This document shows positions 1 through 11,360 of a stretch of DNA of 64,000 nt, piece after piece. A program made the translations under genes and the position numbers. The notes below the pieces were generated by a model that made no database searches, was not told where the DNA came from, and saw only the letters and a program-made list of their open reading frames with translations. The DNA is taken from contig OX597831.1 in the NCBI GenBank assembly GCA_951406725.2, positions 48,236,001 through 48,300,000 of the forward strand, given 5' to 3'. Origin of the DNA: Octopus vulgaris (Eukaryota). The stretch's first letter is position 1; every line of letters starts with the position of its first letter.

Positions 1-330
1 AGGGGCGGTTGGTAAATAATAAATAATAAATACTGATGTATTCACAACACTTCTGCACATGAGGATAGAAGTATTTATAGTGAATGTCCATGAATAATTT
101 CTAATGATTCAAAATAACAAATACTATTTATGACCATTTACTACAGATAATTTTATTCCCATGTGTAAGAATGTGTAATAAAAGACTATTTGGTTGGTTG
201 ATGGGAGAACAAAAATCTGTGTGAAATCGAAATACAAAAATATTTATTAACCATTTACAAGAAGGTATTGTTGCTATGATGATAACAATAGGAATGAGGC
301 ATTTAAATCAAGTGAATCAAATTGTGTGAG

Positions 331-581
331 ATATTCAGCATGACACAGAGAGTGACAAGGCCGGCCCTTTGAAATACAGATACAACAGAAACAGGAAGTA
401 AGAGTGAGAGAAAGTTGTGGTGAAAGAGTACAGCAGGGATCATCACCATGCCCTGCCGGAGCCTCGTGGAGCTTTAGGTGTTTTCGCTCAATAAACACTC
501 ACAACGCCCGGTCTTGGAATCGAAACCGCAATCCTATGACTGCGAATCCGCTGCCCTAACCACTGGGCCATTGTGCCTCCA
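331..581 (-). mobile_element. tRNA-derived SINE, family C
   Basis: Minus strand has A box TGGCCCAGTGG and B-box-like GGTTTCGATTC, followed by a CORE-like TTGAGCGAAAACACCT; homologous to 2669-2986 and 53585-53776. Confidence 0.75.
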
Positions 582-683
582 CACGTATGTATGTATGTAT
601 GTTATGTATGTATGTATATGCATCATAATGGAATACACACACACACACATACACTCTCTCACACACACACACACACACACATA

Positions 684-707
684 TAGATAGATAAAACAAT
701 AGATAGG

Positions 708-771
<64 letters not shown>
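684..771. repeat. (GATA)n microsatellite
   Basis: Direct tandem GATA run. Confidence 0.95.
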
Positions 772-772
<1 letters not shown>

Positions 773-891
773 GTGTGTCAGCAATGATAGTGAATTGTTG
801 AAGGTATCAAATTTTGTAATTGAAGTTGAGCAGGGTAAGTTTCTGCAGCAGTTGATTTTTGCTGTGTCGCAGCCACTATCCAGTAACCAAA

Positions 892-1290
892 TCGCTATAT
901 ATATAAAGCTGAAGTTGTCTGTGTATGGCAGGTTTGGTAGCCTTAAACTAGCACTATCTCCTCCGAGACCCTGAAGTGCAAGTTGACCAAAATTGAGAGT
1001 ATGATAGAAGAAGGCTTGCTCTTCCTTCCGTAGAAGAAAAAATTCAAATCGGACCATGTTAGCACCAAAAATTATTTACATCAAAAAGGTGCTTTTCTAC
1101 TATGAAAATCCCTATTTTTTACGATTTTTTGACTGCTGTGTTACCACTTTTTGATGTATTTCAACCAGAAAAATGTTCACTTAAAGAGAATAACAAGCTA
1201 CATAATGCAAAACTTTTACTTTTCAAAAATTCCAATTCTAAAGGGTCGAAAAGAAAATAAAACCTGATCAACACCAGGCTATACTGCTAG
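892..1290 (+). mobile_element. Non-autonomous Helitron
   Basis: A^TC(GCTATATATATAAAGCTGAAG) 5' end; subterminal hairpin CCTG..CAGG; CTAG^T 3' end; inserted in an AT dinucleotide without TSD. Confidence 0.8.
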
Positions 1291-1296
1291 TAAATG

Positions 1297-1456
1297 ATAA
1301 AACTGATTATAGCAGCAACTCCATATAAGAATATCAGAAGAAGGAATTTTATTCTGAAATATCATCAGACTATGAATGACTAAATTACAACAGATATATA
1401 GCCCATTATTTGTATTATAGTGCATTGTTGTACTATTCAAAACTTTTTATTCTTGA
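1297..1456 (+). mobile_element. Repeat family O (PLE terminal-repeat-like) with degenerate hammerhead at 1331-1366
   Basis: Reverse complement of 44960-45120; atat-CAGAAGA-A-GGAAT/ATTCT-GAAA-TATC. Confidence 0.55.
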
Positions 1457-1740
1457 TCTATATATACTTAATGGTCTGTCAAAGAAAGGGCACCAAAGGC
1501 AAAATTGTTAATGACATTCCAATATGTTGTATATAACTGGGATTCCAATGAGTTAAGTATCTGCTGAGTCTATTGTATTTCCAATGGTCAGTTCAGCTAC
1601 TGATAAAAACAAGTGCTTAATGTGTTTATCAGAGGCTTGAATGGCTAACTGCTTGCTGGTGTCATCAATCCTTGACAAAATCCTGTTTGAGTGTTTACAT
1701 TTGCTTTTGTGTTTAAATTTGGATTCAATTTCTAGGCAGT

Positions 1741-1920
1741 CATAGTAGAAAAGCACCTTTTTGATGTAAACAACTTTTGGTGTTAACATGGTCCGATTTG
1801 AATTTTTTTCTTCTACGGAAGGAAAAGCAAGCCTTCTTCTATCATACTCTCAATTTTGGTCAACTTGCGCCGCAGGGTCTCAGAGGAGATAGTGTTAGTT
1901 TAAGGCTACCAAACCTACCA
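1741..1920 (-). mobile_element. Inverted internal fragment of the Helitron at 892-1290
   Basis: Reverse complement of about 927-1104. Confidence 0.85.
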
Positions 1921-1987
1921 AACTGTTTGACACTCTGACAATATTCCTACTACAAATGCATAGAACAGTATAATTAACAATGAAAGT

Positions 1988-2418
1988 ACATTATTTACAT
2001 TATTTACATGCGACAGATATTTGTCCTCATCTTGCTTGTTGCTAACAGAATATTTCAGCTGATATACCCTCAAAAAGGTGCTTTTCCACTATGAAAATCC
2101 CTATTTCGAACCTGGGTTATCATTCCTAAGGTATTTTCGATGTTATTATTATTATTATTACTATTATTATTATTGTTATTGTTCAGGTCACTGCCTGGAA
2201 TCGAACTCCAAATCTTGGGGTTAGTAGCCCGCACTCATAACCACTATGCTATATGCCTATGGGCATATGGCGAAATTTCCCCAAGACACCTGAAGAAGGC
2301 TGGAGGGTATATCAGCCGAAATGTTGTGTTAACTTCAAACAAGATGAGGACAAATATCTGTCAAATGTAAATAATATAAATAATGTAAATAATTCCTCAT
2401 CTCTTAAATATAGAACTG
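1988..2418. mobile_element. Family E: PLE terminal repeat (tRNA-like head + (AAT)n + HHR) in head-to-head inverted arrangement
   Basis: 12-bp TSD AACAATGAAAGT (1976-1987, 2419-2430); homologous to 14656-14940 and 62555-63153. Confidence 0.75.
2285..2330 (+). ncRNA. Minimal type I hammerhead ribozyme motif (family E)
   Basis: GACAC-CTGAAGA-A-GGCTG[10 nt]CAGCC-GAAA-TG-TT-GTGTT; helix I GACAC/GTGTT, helix II GGCTG/CAGCC. Confidence 0.7.
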
Positions 2419-2668
2419 AACAATGAAAGTGTTGTACTTAATGAAAGTCATTATACTTGTTCTTGATGGAAATGAATTTACATATCTAGTGTCAATATGG
2501 TTTGCAGTTTCAGGAATGTGTGAGTACCATGACCTCAAGCACAAGCAAAAAAAATCCTCAAAATATTCAATACCATTCCCTAGATGTCTGGTTTTATACC
2601 AGAGAGCCCCATTATAGTATATGATACAGTACAGTTTACAGAACCTTAAAGTGTAACATTAGAGCTAT

Positions 2669-2986
2669 TTTTTTTTATTTACGTGCCCTTTTCAAGCCTA
2701 GCCAGGCTCATGGGCCCGGTTTCCCGGTTTCTATGGCGTATGTGTTCTCCCCAGCTGGATGGGACACCAGTCCATCGCAGCGTTACTCAAGAAACAGGCA
2801 GAAAGAGTGAGAGAAAGTTGGGGCAAAAGAGTACAACAGGGGTCGCCACCACCCCCTGCCAGAGCCTCGTGGAGCTTTAGGTGTTTTCACTCAATAAACA
2901 CACACAACGCCCAGTCTGAGAATTGAAACCGCGATCCTCCGACTGCGAGTCTGCTGTCCTAACCACTGGGCCATTGCACCTCCACT
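2669..2986 (-). mobile_element. tRNA-derived SINE, family C (alternative 3' tail)
   Basis: A/B boxes, poly-A tail, 13-bp TSD ACATTAGAGCTAT (2656-2668, 2987-2999). Confidence 0.85.
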
Positions 2987-3075
2987 ACATTAGAGCTATA
3001 GCATATGATTAGCTCCTTCTTTTTCACCAAACACCCTTTATTGTTAACATTCACTTAAAATAATGCTTTCTGATT

Positions 3076-3290
3076 TAGGTGCAAATAAGGCCAGCAAATT
3101 TTAGGGGAAGTGGGTCAGGCAATATCATCAACCCTCAGCACTTAGACTGCTACTTTATTTTATCAGCCTTGAAAGGATGGAAGGCACGAAGTTGACTTCA
3201 GAAGGATTTGAACTCAGAATGTAAAGAGCCAGAATGCTACTGAGCATTTCTGTCTGATGCTCAAATGACTCTGCCAACTGATTGCCCTGA
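3076..3290 (-). mobile_element. SINE family B, degenerate
   Basis: Contains GAAAGGATG(G)AAGGCA..GTTGAC..GATTTGAACTCAGAA shared with the other B copies. Confidence 0.65.
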
Positions 3291-3375
3291 TTCCTTTATC
3301 GTCTAACTCCCCCCTCCCCACCTACAAAATTATTAGGTACAAATCCGGCAATTATGATGGGAGAGAGTTAGTTGA

Positions 3376-4210
3376 TACTCTTTACTCTTTTACTTGTTTC
3401 AGTCATTTGACTGTGGCCATGCTGGAGCACCACCATTTTAGTTGAGCAAATTGACCCCAGGACTTATTCTTTGTAAGCCTAGTACTTATTCTATCGGTCT
3501 CTTGTGCCGAACCACTAAGTTACAGGGACGTAACACACCAGCATCGGTTTTCAAGCGATGTTGGGGGGACAAACACAGACACACAAACATATACACACAC
3601 ACACATACATACATGTATATATACATACATCTCTCTATATATAAACGGCAGTTTGTCTGTGCGTGTTTCTGTGTGTCTGTTTGCTTGTACCCTCACCCTG
3701 ACCACGGCTTTCAACCGATTCTGATGAAACTTGACACACACATAGCCCAATGTCATAATTCAAAACTAACGCAGCGAAAATTTTGAAAAGTTCCCCCAGT
3801 TCTGAAAAAAATCGATAAATTCGACATGGGGTCGAGAATCAGAAACACGAACCACAAACTGTCTAGGGGATGCAACTCCACCTTTTTTAAATCTCAAAAA
3901 AAATTTACCATCATTTTTTTCCATTTTTTTGCTATTTTTTGGCTATAACTCTCTAAAGATGCTTTATAGTTATTTCCCTTACAAACCTGAGCAACGCCGG
4001 GCGATACTGCTAGTATATATATATATATATGTATATATATATACACATATATACGACGGGCTTCTTTCAGTTTCCGTTTACCAAATCCATTCACCATGCT
4101 TTGGTCAGCCCGGGGCTATAGTAGAAGACACTTGCCCAAGATGCCATGCAGTGGGACTGAACCCAGAACCATGTGGCTGGTAAGCAAGCTACTTATCACA
4201 CAGCCACTCC
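3376..4210 (-). mobile_element. tRNA-derived SINE family A, interrupted by a Helitron
   Basis: Head GGAGTGGCTGTG.. with B box GGTTCAGTCCC, internal (TA/CA) microsatellite, (AGTAAAAG)n tail. Confidence 0.85.
3630..4013 (+). mobile_element. Non-autonomous Helitron (second family)
   Basis: A^TCTCTCTATATATAAA 5' end; hairpin CCTGAGC-AAC-GCCGGG; ATACTGCTAG^T 3' end identical to the 892-1290 element; SINE A is continuous across the insertion. Confidence 0.85.
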
Positions 4211-5439
4211 TACTATCAACTCTAGTGCTTAACAGGTGCTTTATGTTATGAATCCCAAGAAAGACAAAAGGCCAAGTTGACCTCAGTCGGATTTGAACTC
4301 AGAGTATAAAGAGTTGGAACAAACACTGCAAGGCATTATTTATTTATTTATTTATTTTTTTCTGCTGATTTTTTCTTATGGTTCTGCTAGCTTGAATTGA
4401 AATGTAAATGCAGAATCGAGAATTTTTCTAAGACCCATTGTGATATTGTTACTCGACTGTCTCCAAAACATCTTTCAGATGACTAAAGCCATTTAGAGAC
4501 TTTGATGATTTTCTTTGCTTTTTCTTCCACCACAGCAAAAACATGCCCGAAAGCTGAAAGCTAGCAAGTGTGACTCTGTTTATAAATTTCTTTAGTCGTC
4601 TTAGTTACTAAGGTTTCTCATATTTTTATTTCCAGTTTGAATAGAGCAATGATGGTTGTTGTTGTGGTGGTGGATCTGTTAGTGATGACATTAGTGAGTG
4701 ATGGTGGTGGAGCTGTTGGTGATGACACTGGTGGTGGTGGTGGTGGTGGTAATCATGGTGGTAATATAATGACAGCTGTGGTGATATTAGTAGGTGAGCT
4801 CTTTGTGATGATATTAGTATTGGTAACATAGTGATAGTAGTAGTAGTGGTGGTGGCATTTTTATTGTTTTAACCACAGGCCTTCATCATGCAAACCTATG
4901 ATCGAAGGCAGTCTAGTTATGACCATTCCATCTTCATTTTAAACATGGATAAAGTAGTTATTTATAGATGTTAAATCGTATCCTTCTTTCATTCCTTTTC
5001 TTCATAGATGTCTGAGTGTTAATTTCAGTGAGATTTCACTACTATTTCTCGCCTGGCTGAGCGCCCACACAGAGATTCTATAACATTAGTGGTGGTGGTG
5101 GTGGTGGTGATGGTGATGGTAGTGGTGGTGGTGGTGGTGGTGGTAGTGGTGGTGGTGGTGGTGGTGGCGTTAGTAGGGATACTTATAATGACCGTGGTGG
5201 AGTTGGCTTGCCGGTATTAGTGGTGGTAGTTTGAGTTGTGGGTTAGCCCCAGATAAACACTAATAAAGTAGATCAATAATAATAATAATAATCCCAGTTG
5301 CACTGCTTGCACAGATTTTCATGGCCCTCTGTTGCAACCCCACCCACTATTCCTGAGATAGTCATGGGGATTGAGTCCTCATGCTTGAGTCTTACTGAAT
5401 CTTTCATTAGCAGATTGCACATGCTATAATCAGTTAGAA

Positions 5440-5654
5440 TCCTTTCCATTTTAGGCAAAAGCTCTTAAGTTTCACAGGAGGGGGTAAGTCGATTACATCA
5501 ACCCCAGTGTTCAACTGGTGCTTACTTTATCGACCCTGAAAGGATGAAAGGCAAAGTTGACCCCAGCAGAATTTGAACTCAGAATGTAAAGATGAAACAC
5601 AAAATACCGCTAAGCATGTCACCCCACTAATGATTCTACCAGCTTGCCACCTTA
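5440..5654 (-). mobile_element. SINE family B
   Basis: tRNA-like head plus GCCTTTCATCCTTTC.GGGTCGATAAA.TAAG central domain. Confidence 0.75.
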
Positions 5655-5723
5655 TGTTCAGTTATGATAAAAGTAACTTTATGCTAATCTGATGAATCAT
5701 TCTGTACTTTTATAGAGTACAAG

Positions 5724-5836
5724 TTTATTATCATTATACAAAATGTTGTTGACAATGACTTCAAAGTTTGACAATAAATTAGCTGGCCAAAACTTTGAAG
5801 CCATTGTCAACAATATTCTTGAATAAGAATAATAAA
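5724..5836. repeat. Imperfect inverted repeat (about 46-bp arms, 20-nt loop)
   Basis: AATGTTGTTGACAATGACTTCAAAGTTT ... AAACTTTGAAGCCATTGTCAACAATATT. Confidence 0.85.
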
Positions 5837-6019
5837 TATCTATACCAACATATATCTATACACACACACACAGATATATATACATATGTGCATGTGTGCA
5901 TGTGTGAGTGTGTATTTGTGTGTGTGTGCGTGTGAGTGTGTTTGTGTGTGTGTCCATCCTTGATTTTTGAACAAGTGCACTGTATTCTAATATATTTATG
6001 TATACTTTAGCAATGTAAC

Positions 6020-6207
6020 TACACACATGCTGTTGGTGATTTTTTTTCCTTCTTTGAACTTTTCCCTTTCTCGTTTCTGATGAAGAGCTGGGCTTGAAAC
6101 GTCAAAAACTCTCTCATTTTACTGAGCATTATATTAATACATTCCTGCTACACATCCTCCTATCATCTGTTATCATTAACTTTATTGTTTGTATATTTGA
6201 ATTAACT
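6020..6207 (+). mobile_element. Family F: about 200-bp HHR-bearing element ending in a (TA)n array
   Basis: Homologous to 22200-22390, 58221-58434, 59247-59445; ends TT(G/A)(A/G)ATTAAC-TATATA. Confidence 0.65.
6073..6109 (+). ncRNA. Minimal type I hammerhead ribozyme motif (family F), intact core
   Basis: GTTT-CTGATGA-A-GAGC-TGG-GCTT-GAAA-CG-TC-AAA; GUC triplet, palindromic ACGT helix III. Confidence 0.75.
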
Positions 6208-6262
6208 ATATATACATACATACAAACATACACACATACATATATATATATATCTTTATATA

Positions 6263-6330
<68 letters not shown>

Positions 6331-6380
6331 TATGTACATATATATATATACATGCATACATACATACATACATACATACT

Positions 6381-6431
<51 letters not shown>

Positions 6432-7288
6432 GTGAATAGACAAACAAAAGAAAAGGGCACACAACACCTCTAGCAGGAATTACATGTATTATTTAATTAT
6501 TTAAAACAGTTTGGTTCAGTTCTGTTAGGTTTCTGTGAAGCTTAAAGTAACAAGAGACTGCTTTAAATAATATATATATATAAGGATTATTACGAAGTAG
6601 CATTAGCATTAGCTTTAAATTCTTTTATATATATATATATATATAGATATAGATCAAATGTTTGTGTTCACATTTGCTCACTTCCTCCACCAATTCCACA
6701 TTGCCTGCACAGGTGCACAAGTGTGTCATGCACCGGATGTCAACTATTATCCATGAAGATATTATATCTGGTTCGGCAGAGATTTTACCCGGTTAACACT
6801 TTTGACATACTCCTACATGCTAGACCACCTGATATCACAGCCAAACTTTTGGGTTTACCTCGACCCATTGAGTGTGATGTTTGTTTATTTCTCTCCTTTT
6901 AATGCCACCCTCTGTACAAAATTGATCAGCATGACCAATCTCAGTAAAATCCGAAAAAAAGTGTTAAGGTAATACCATAAAATATTATCCATGTGACCAT
7001 TTACATGAAAATATAAAAGTTACAAGCAAACATATATATGTGTGTGTATGTATGTATGTATGCTTGTAAGTATGCATATGTACATATGCACACACACACA
7101 TATATATATATGTATCAGGTGTACGTACACACATGTAAATGTACAGCATTCCCCTCCCTCCCCACCTTTCTACCTCCCCATTCTCAAAGAATTATCACTT
7201 GTCCAGTAATGAACCAATTTTATTCCGTCGTCTGTCTCACTTGGACATTAACAGACACTAGCCTCAGGAACACAGTTAGCTTTCTTAC

Positions 7289-7329
7289 CCTCCTGGGACA
7301 CGTTTCACCAGTCATACAATTGTCTATGT
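7289..7329 (-). other. Candidate EGF-like (pseudo)exon, (D)IDNCMTGETCPRR
   Basis: TTTCCAG^AC ATA GAC AAT TGT ... AGG^GTAAGA; phase-1 start and DIDxC as in Ca-binding EGF exons; no partner exons found. Confidence 0.25.
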
Positions 7330-7920
7330 CTGGAAACTTGTATATGTTTGCATGCAAATGTGTGTGTGTATGTGTGTATGTGTGTGTATGTGTGTCTGTG
7401 TGTGTATGTGTGTATGTGTGTGTGTGTGTGTGTCTGTGTGTCTGTGTGTGTTTACATATATTCGTATATGTACTTATATGCATTTACCTGTGTTTGTATG
7501 CATTTGTGTGTATGTGTATATACACTTGTGAGTGTGTATGTGTATGTGTGCATGTGTGTGTACATTTACAAGTGTGTGTACATTTACAAGTGTGTATGTG
7601 TGTGTGTTTACATACATTTGTTAGCGTGCTTATATACACTTGTGTGTATCTGTATGCATTTGTGTTTTTACGTGTATGTACATTTGCATGTGTGTGTATA
7701 CACTAATGTGTGTATTCATGTACATTTGTATGTATACTTCAGTGTGTTTGTATATACATCTTATATGCATGTATGCATACATATATTATGTGTGTGCATG
7801 TGTTTTAATGTATTTGCATATGTGTTTTAATGTACTTGTGTGTGTATACACTGAGAGAATATGTTCATATAGACTATTTCTATACATTTGGGAGTGTGTG
7901 CATTTATATATATCTCTCTG

Positions 7921-7983
<63 letters not shown>

Positions 7984-8029
7984 GTGCGTGTGTGTGTTTG
8001 CTCCCAATTCCATCACTGTTGGTAATTCC

Positions 8030-8283
8030 TGTACTAGCAGCAACAAGAACAACATCACTCGTGATCACCAACAATAGCATCATCATCATCATCATCATCA
8101 GCATGACCAACACTAATGATAACATCTCCCCCCTCCCCAGTTACCTCTACCAACAATAGCAATGGTATATTCCTCCATTTTGAGCAACACAAACAAATCT
8201 GCAGTCACCATCACCATCAATACCACCATAAACACCACCACCACCACTATTACCACCATCATCATTATTACCATTATCAACAC

Positions 8284-8316
<33 letters not shown>

Positions 8317-8997
8317 TATCATCATCACCAACTCCATCATCATCATCACCATTATCAACTGTATCCATGGCAATCCTCCAGTGTGAACAACACAAAGAAC
8401 TCCCCCATCAGCCCCACCCCCAGCCCCCACTACTACTGTTACCATCACACATCACTACCACTGCAACCCCTGATCAACATCAATACCACCACCAGCACCA
8501 CCACCACCGCCACCTTCACCAGCACCACCACCACCAACAACAATTATAATGAGAATGGTAATGCCCTTACTACCAGCAACACAAACAACTTCACTGTCAC
8601 TACCACCACCACCAATAACAACAACAACAACAACACAAGCAATAATAATGTACCTACCTCTAGCAGCACAAAACAAATCTACCACCAGCACCACCACCAC
8701 TGCTGCCACCACCACCACCACCACCACCACCACCAGTACCCCCGCCACCAGCACCAGCACCACCACCGCCACCTCCACCAGCACCACCACCACTACCACC
8801 ACCACCACCACCACCACCACCAAGAACAGCAACAACATTAGCAATAATAATGCACCTACCTCTAGCAACACAAAACAAATCTACCACCAGCACCACCACC
8901 ACCACCACCACCACCGCCGCCACCAGCACCACCACCACCACCACCAGCACCAGCACCCCCGCCACCCACCACCACCACCACCACCACCTCCACCTCC

Positions 8998-9028
<31 letters not shown>

Positions 9029-9450
9029 CCACCACCACCACCAAGAACAGCAACAACATTAGCAATAATAATGCACCTACCTCTAGCAACACAAAACAAA
9101 TCTACCACCAGTACCACCACTACCACCACCACCACCACCACCGCCGCCACCAGCACCACCACCACCACCAGCACCAGCACCCCCGCCACCAGCACCACCA
9201 CCACCACCGCCACCTCCAACTGCACCAGCACCAGCACCACCACCACCACCACCACCAAGAACAACAACAACATTAGCAATAATAATGCACCTACCTCTCG
9301 CAACACAAAACAAATCTACCACCACCACCACCACCACCACCACCACCACCACCGCCGCCGCCAGCACCACCAGCGCTAGCACCACCACCACCGCCACCGC
9401 CATTACCACCTCTACCACTGCCACTACCACCAATACTACCACCACTAAGA
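8030..9450. repeat. (CAC/CAT/CAA)n low-complexity tract containing a 200-220-bp compound minisatellite
   Basis: AATAATAATG(C/T)ACCTACCTCT at 8641, 8843, 9064, 9278, separated by (CAC)n arrays. Confidence 0.9.
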
Positions 9451-9880
9451 ATACTAATAATTAAAACAATATAACTGTTATGCCTGACGGCATGATGCAA
9501 TACGAGTAATACAAACCATTGTATAATGTAATAGAAATAGTTCAAACAAGGGAATAAGTTTCATCCCTCACAGCATAAAATTTATTTCCACCATCTGAAG
9601 TATTTCTATAACTTTTTTGCCGACTTAGAACACATCTCTTCTGCTTTCACTGGATTCTGCTGATTTGCCAAACAACAAAAAATACCAACACCATCAACAC
9701 CACGATGACAATGAGGTCAATGTCCATACCACCACCACCACCACCACTACATCCACCATTGCCTTTAATAATAATAACACAACTGAGCCAATGAGGAAGC
9801 CTCTATGTTTGTGTTTCCTAACTTCGGTGGGCAGGACAGAAAAAAAATGCATATCATTATCATTGGCGTTAGGAAGGGCA

Positions 9881-10030
9881 GTTGGCGTTAGGAAGGGCAT
9901 CCAGCTGTAGAAACATTGCCAGATAAGACCGGAGCCTGGTGCAGCCTTCGGGCTTCCCAGATCCCCGGTCGAACCGTCCAACCCATGCTAGCATGGAGAA
10001 CGGACGTTAAACGATGATGATGATGATTAT
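9881..10030 (+). mobile_element. RTE-clade LINE 3' UTR fragment
   Basis: GGCGTTAGGAAGGGCATCCAGCTGTAG..CCATGCTAGCATGG..GGACGTTAAAC(GAT)n; this UTR is linked to an RTE ORF end at 23796-24372. Confidence 0.75.
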
Positions 10031-10331
10031 CATCATTTTCATTGTCGTCATCATCGTCACCATCGTCGTCATTGTTTTAACAAATGAATTTCTATATTTG
10101 CGTGGGTCAGACGAGAGTGTGTTGGAACTAAGTTTTCTGTGGCTGGATGCCCTTCCTGTTGCCAACCCTCCAACTTGTTTCCAGATGGTGTGATAATCTC
10201 CCTCCCATTCTATCAAATAACAAACAACCCACACATCCTTTTGTAAGCAAACAACACCATCAGTGAAGCCATTGCTTACAATCAGCTAGTGAATCTCATG
10301 AGTAGATAAGGAGATAATAAATATATATATT

Positions 10332-10741
10332 TACTCTTTTTCTCTTTTACTTGTTTCAATCATTTGACTACGGCCATGCTGGAGCACCACCTTTAGTCGA
10401 GCAAATCGACCCCCAGGACTTATTCTTTGTAAGCCTAGTACTTATTCTATCGGTCCCTTTTGCAGAACTGTGAAGTTACGGGGATGTAAGCACACCACCA
10501 TCGGTTGTCAAGCGACGTTGGGGGGACAAACACAGACACACAAACACATATACACACATATACATACATGTATATAGATATATACGATGGGCTTCTTTCA
10601 GTTTCCATCTACCAAATCCACTCACAAGGCTTTGGTCGGCCCAAGGCTATAGTAGAAGACACTTGCCCAAGGTGCCACACAGTGGGACTGAACCCGGAAC
10701 CATGTGGTTAGTAAGCAAGCTACTTACCACACAGCCACTCC
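10332..10741 (-). mobile_element. SINE family A, full length
   Basis: Same head, internal microsatellite and tail as 24380-24789. Confidence 0.9.
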
Positions 10742-10925
10742 CACTTAGTTGATTAAACTTTCACAGAAGTACAGACCAACCACCATACCCACAGGAAAAA
10801 GATGAATTGTGAACTTTTATAATTCTGTCTGTATTATTTATATCTACTTTTCCTCTTTATTTTTCTATTCTATTCTTTATAAACTGTAAATTTCCCTGTC
10901 TAGACCTTTCATACATACTCACTTT

Positions 10926-11001
10926 GTCTCTAATGATGGAACAGTCAGTGTACAGACATGCTAACCTATCACTTGGGATATCCCAGAAACAGCTGTAAGA
11001 C
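10926..11001 (+). ncRNA. Degenerate hammerhead motif (family P)
   Basis: GTCT-CTAATGA...TCCCA-GAAA-CAGCTG-TA-AGAC; helix I GTCT/AGAC, palindrome ACAGCTGT; G5>A in core. Confidence 0.5.
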
Positions 11002-11360
11002 CTCAAATTAACCTTACCCTAATGTTGTCTTGCAAACAACTTGCACATGCAAGTGCTACCAGCTGAGAACTCTGCATACCAGAAGCCAGCAAGTGTATGG
11101 GGTCATCAGGAGAGAATGCATGCCGTTTTGGGGCCTACCTCTCAACGGCATCAATGCACACCAGCCCTCACTCACTGATATGAGGCCTCGCTTGCTAGAT
11201 CAACTGGTTATTAAATAACTATTTTTCTAGCCATTGCTCATCGTCTCTTTTTAACCAAATCCAGTGGCTAGCCTTCCCCACTGTAGTTTGGATATCTTTA
11301 TAATAAATGATTTGAGATACTCATCCTGCCTTGGTTTTTGCTTACCTTGTCTTCTAATAT

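Noticed and set aside
8116-9379. His-rich and Thr/Pro-rich 241-276 aa ORFs (mucin-like)
   Set aside because: Trinucleotide arrays are open in several frames on both strands; frame is not kept between repeat units; no splice or domain support
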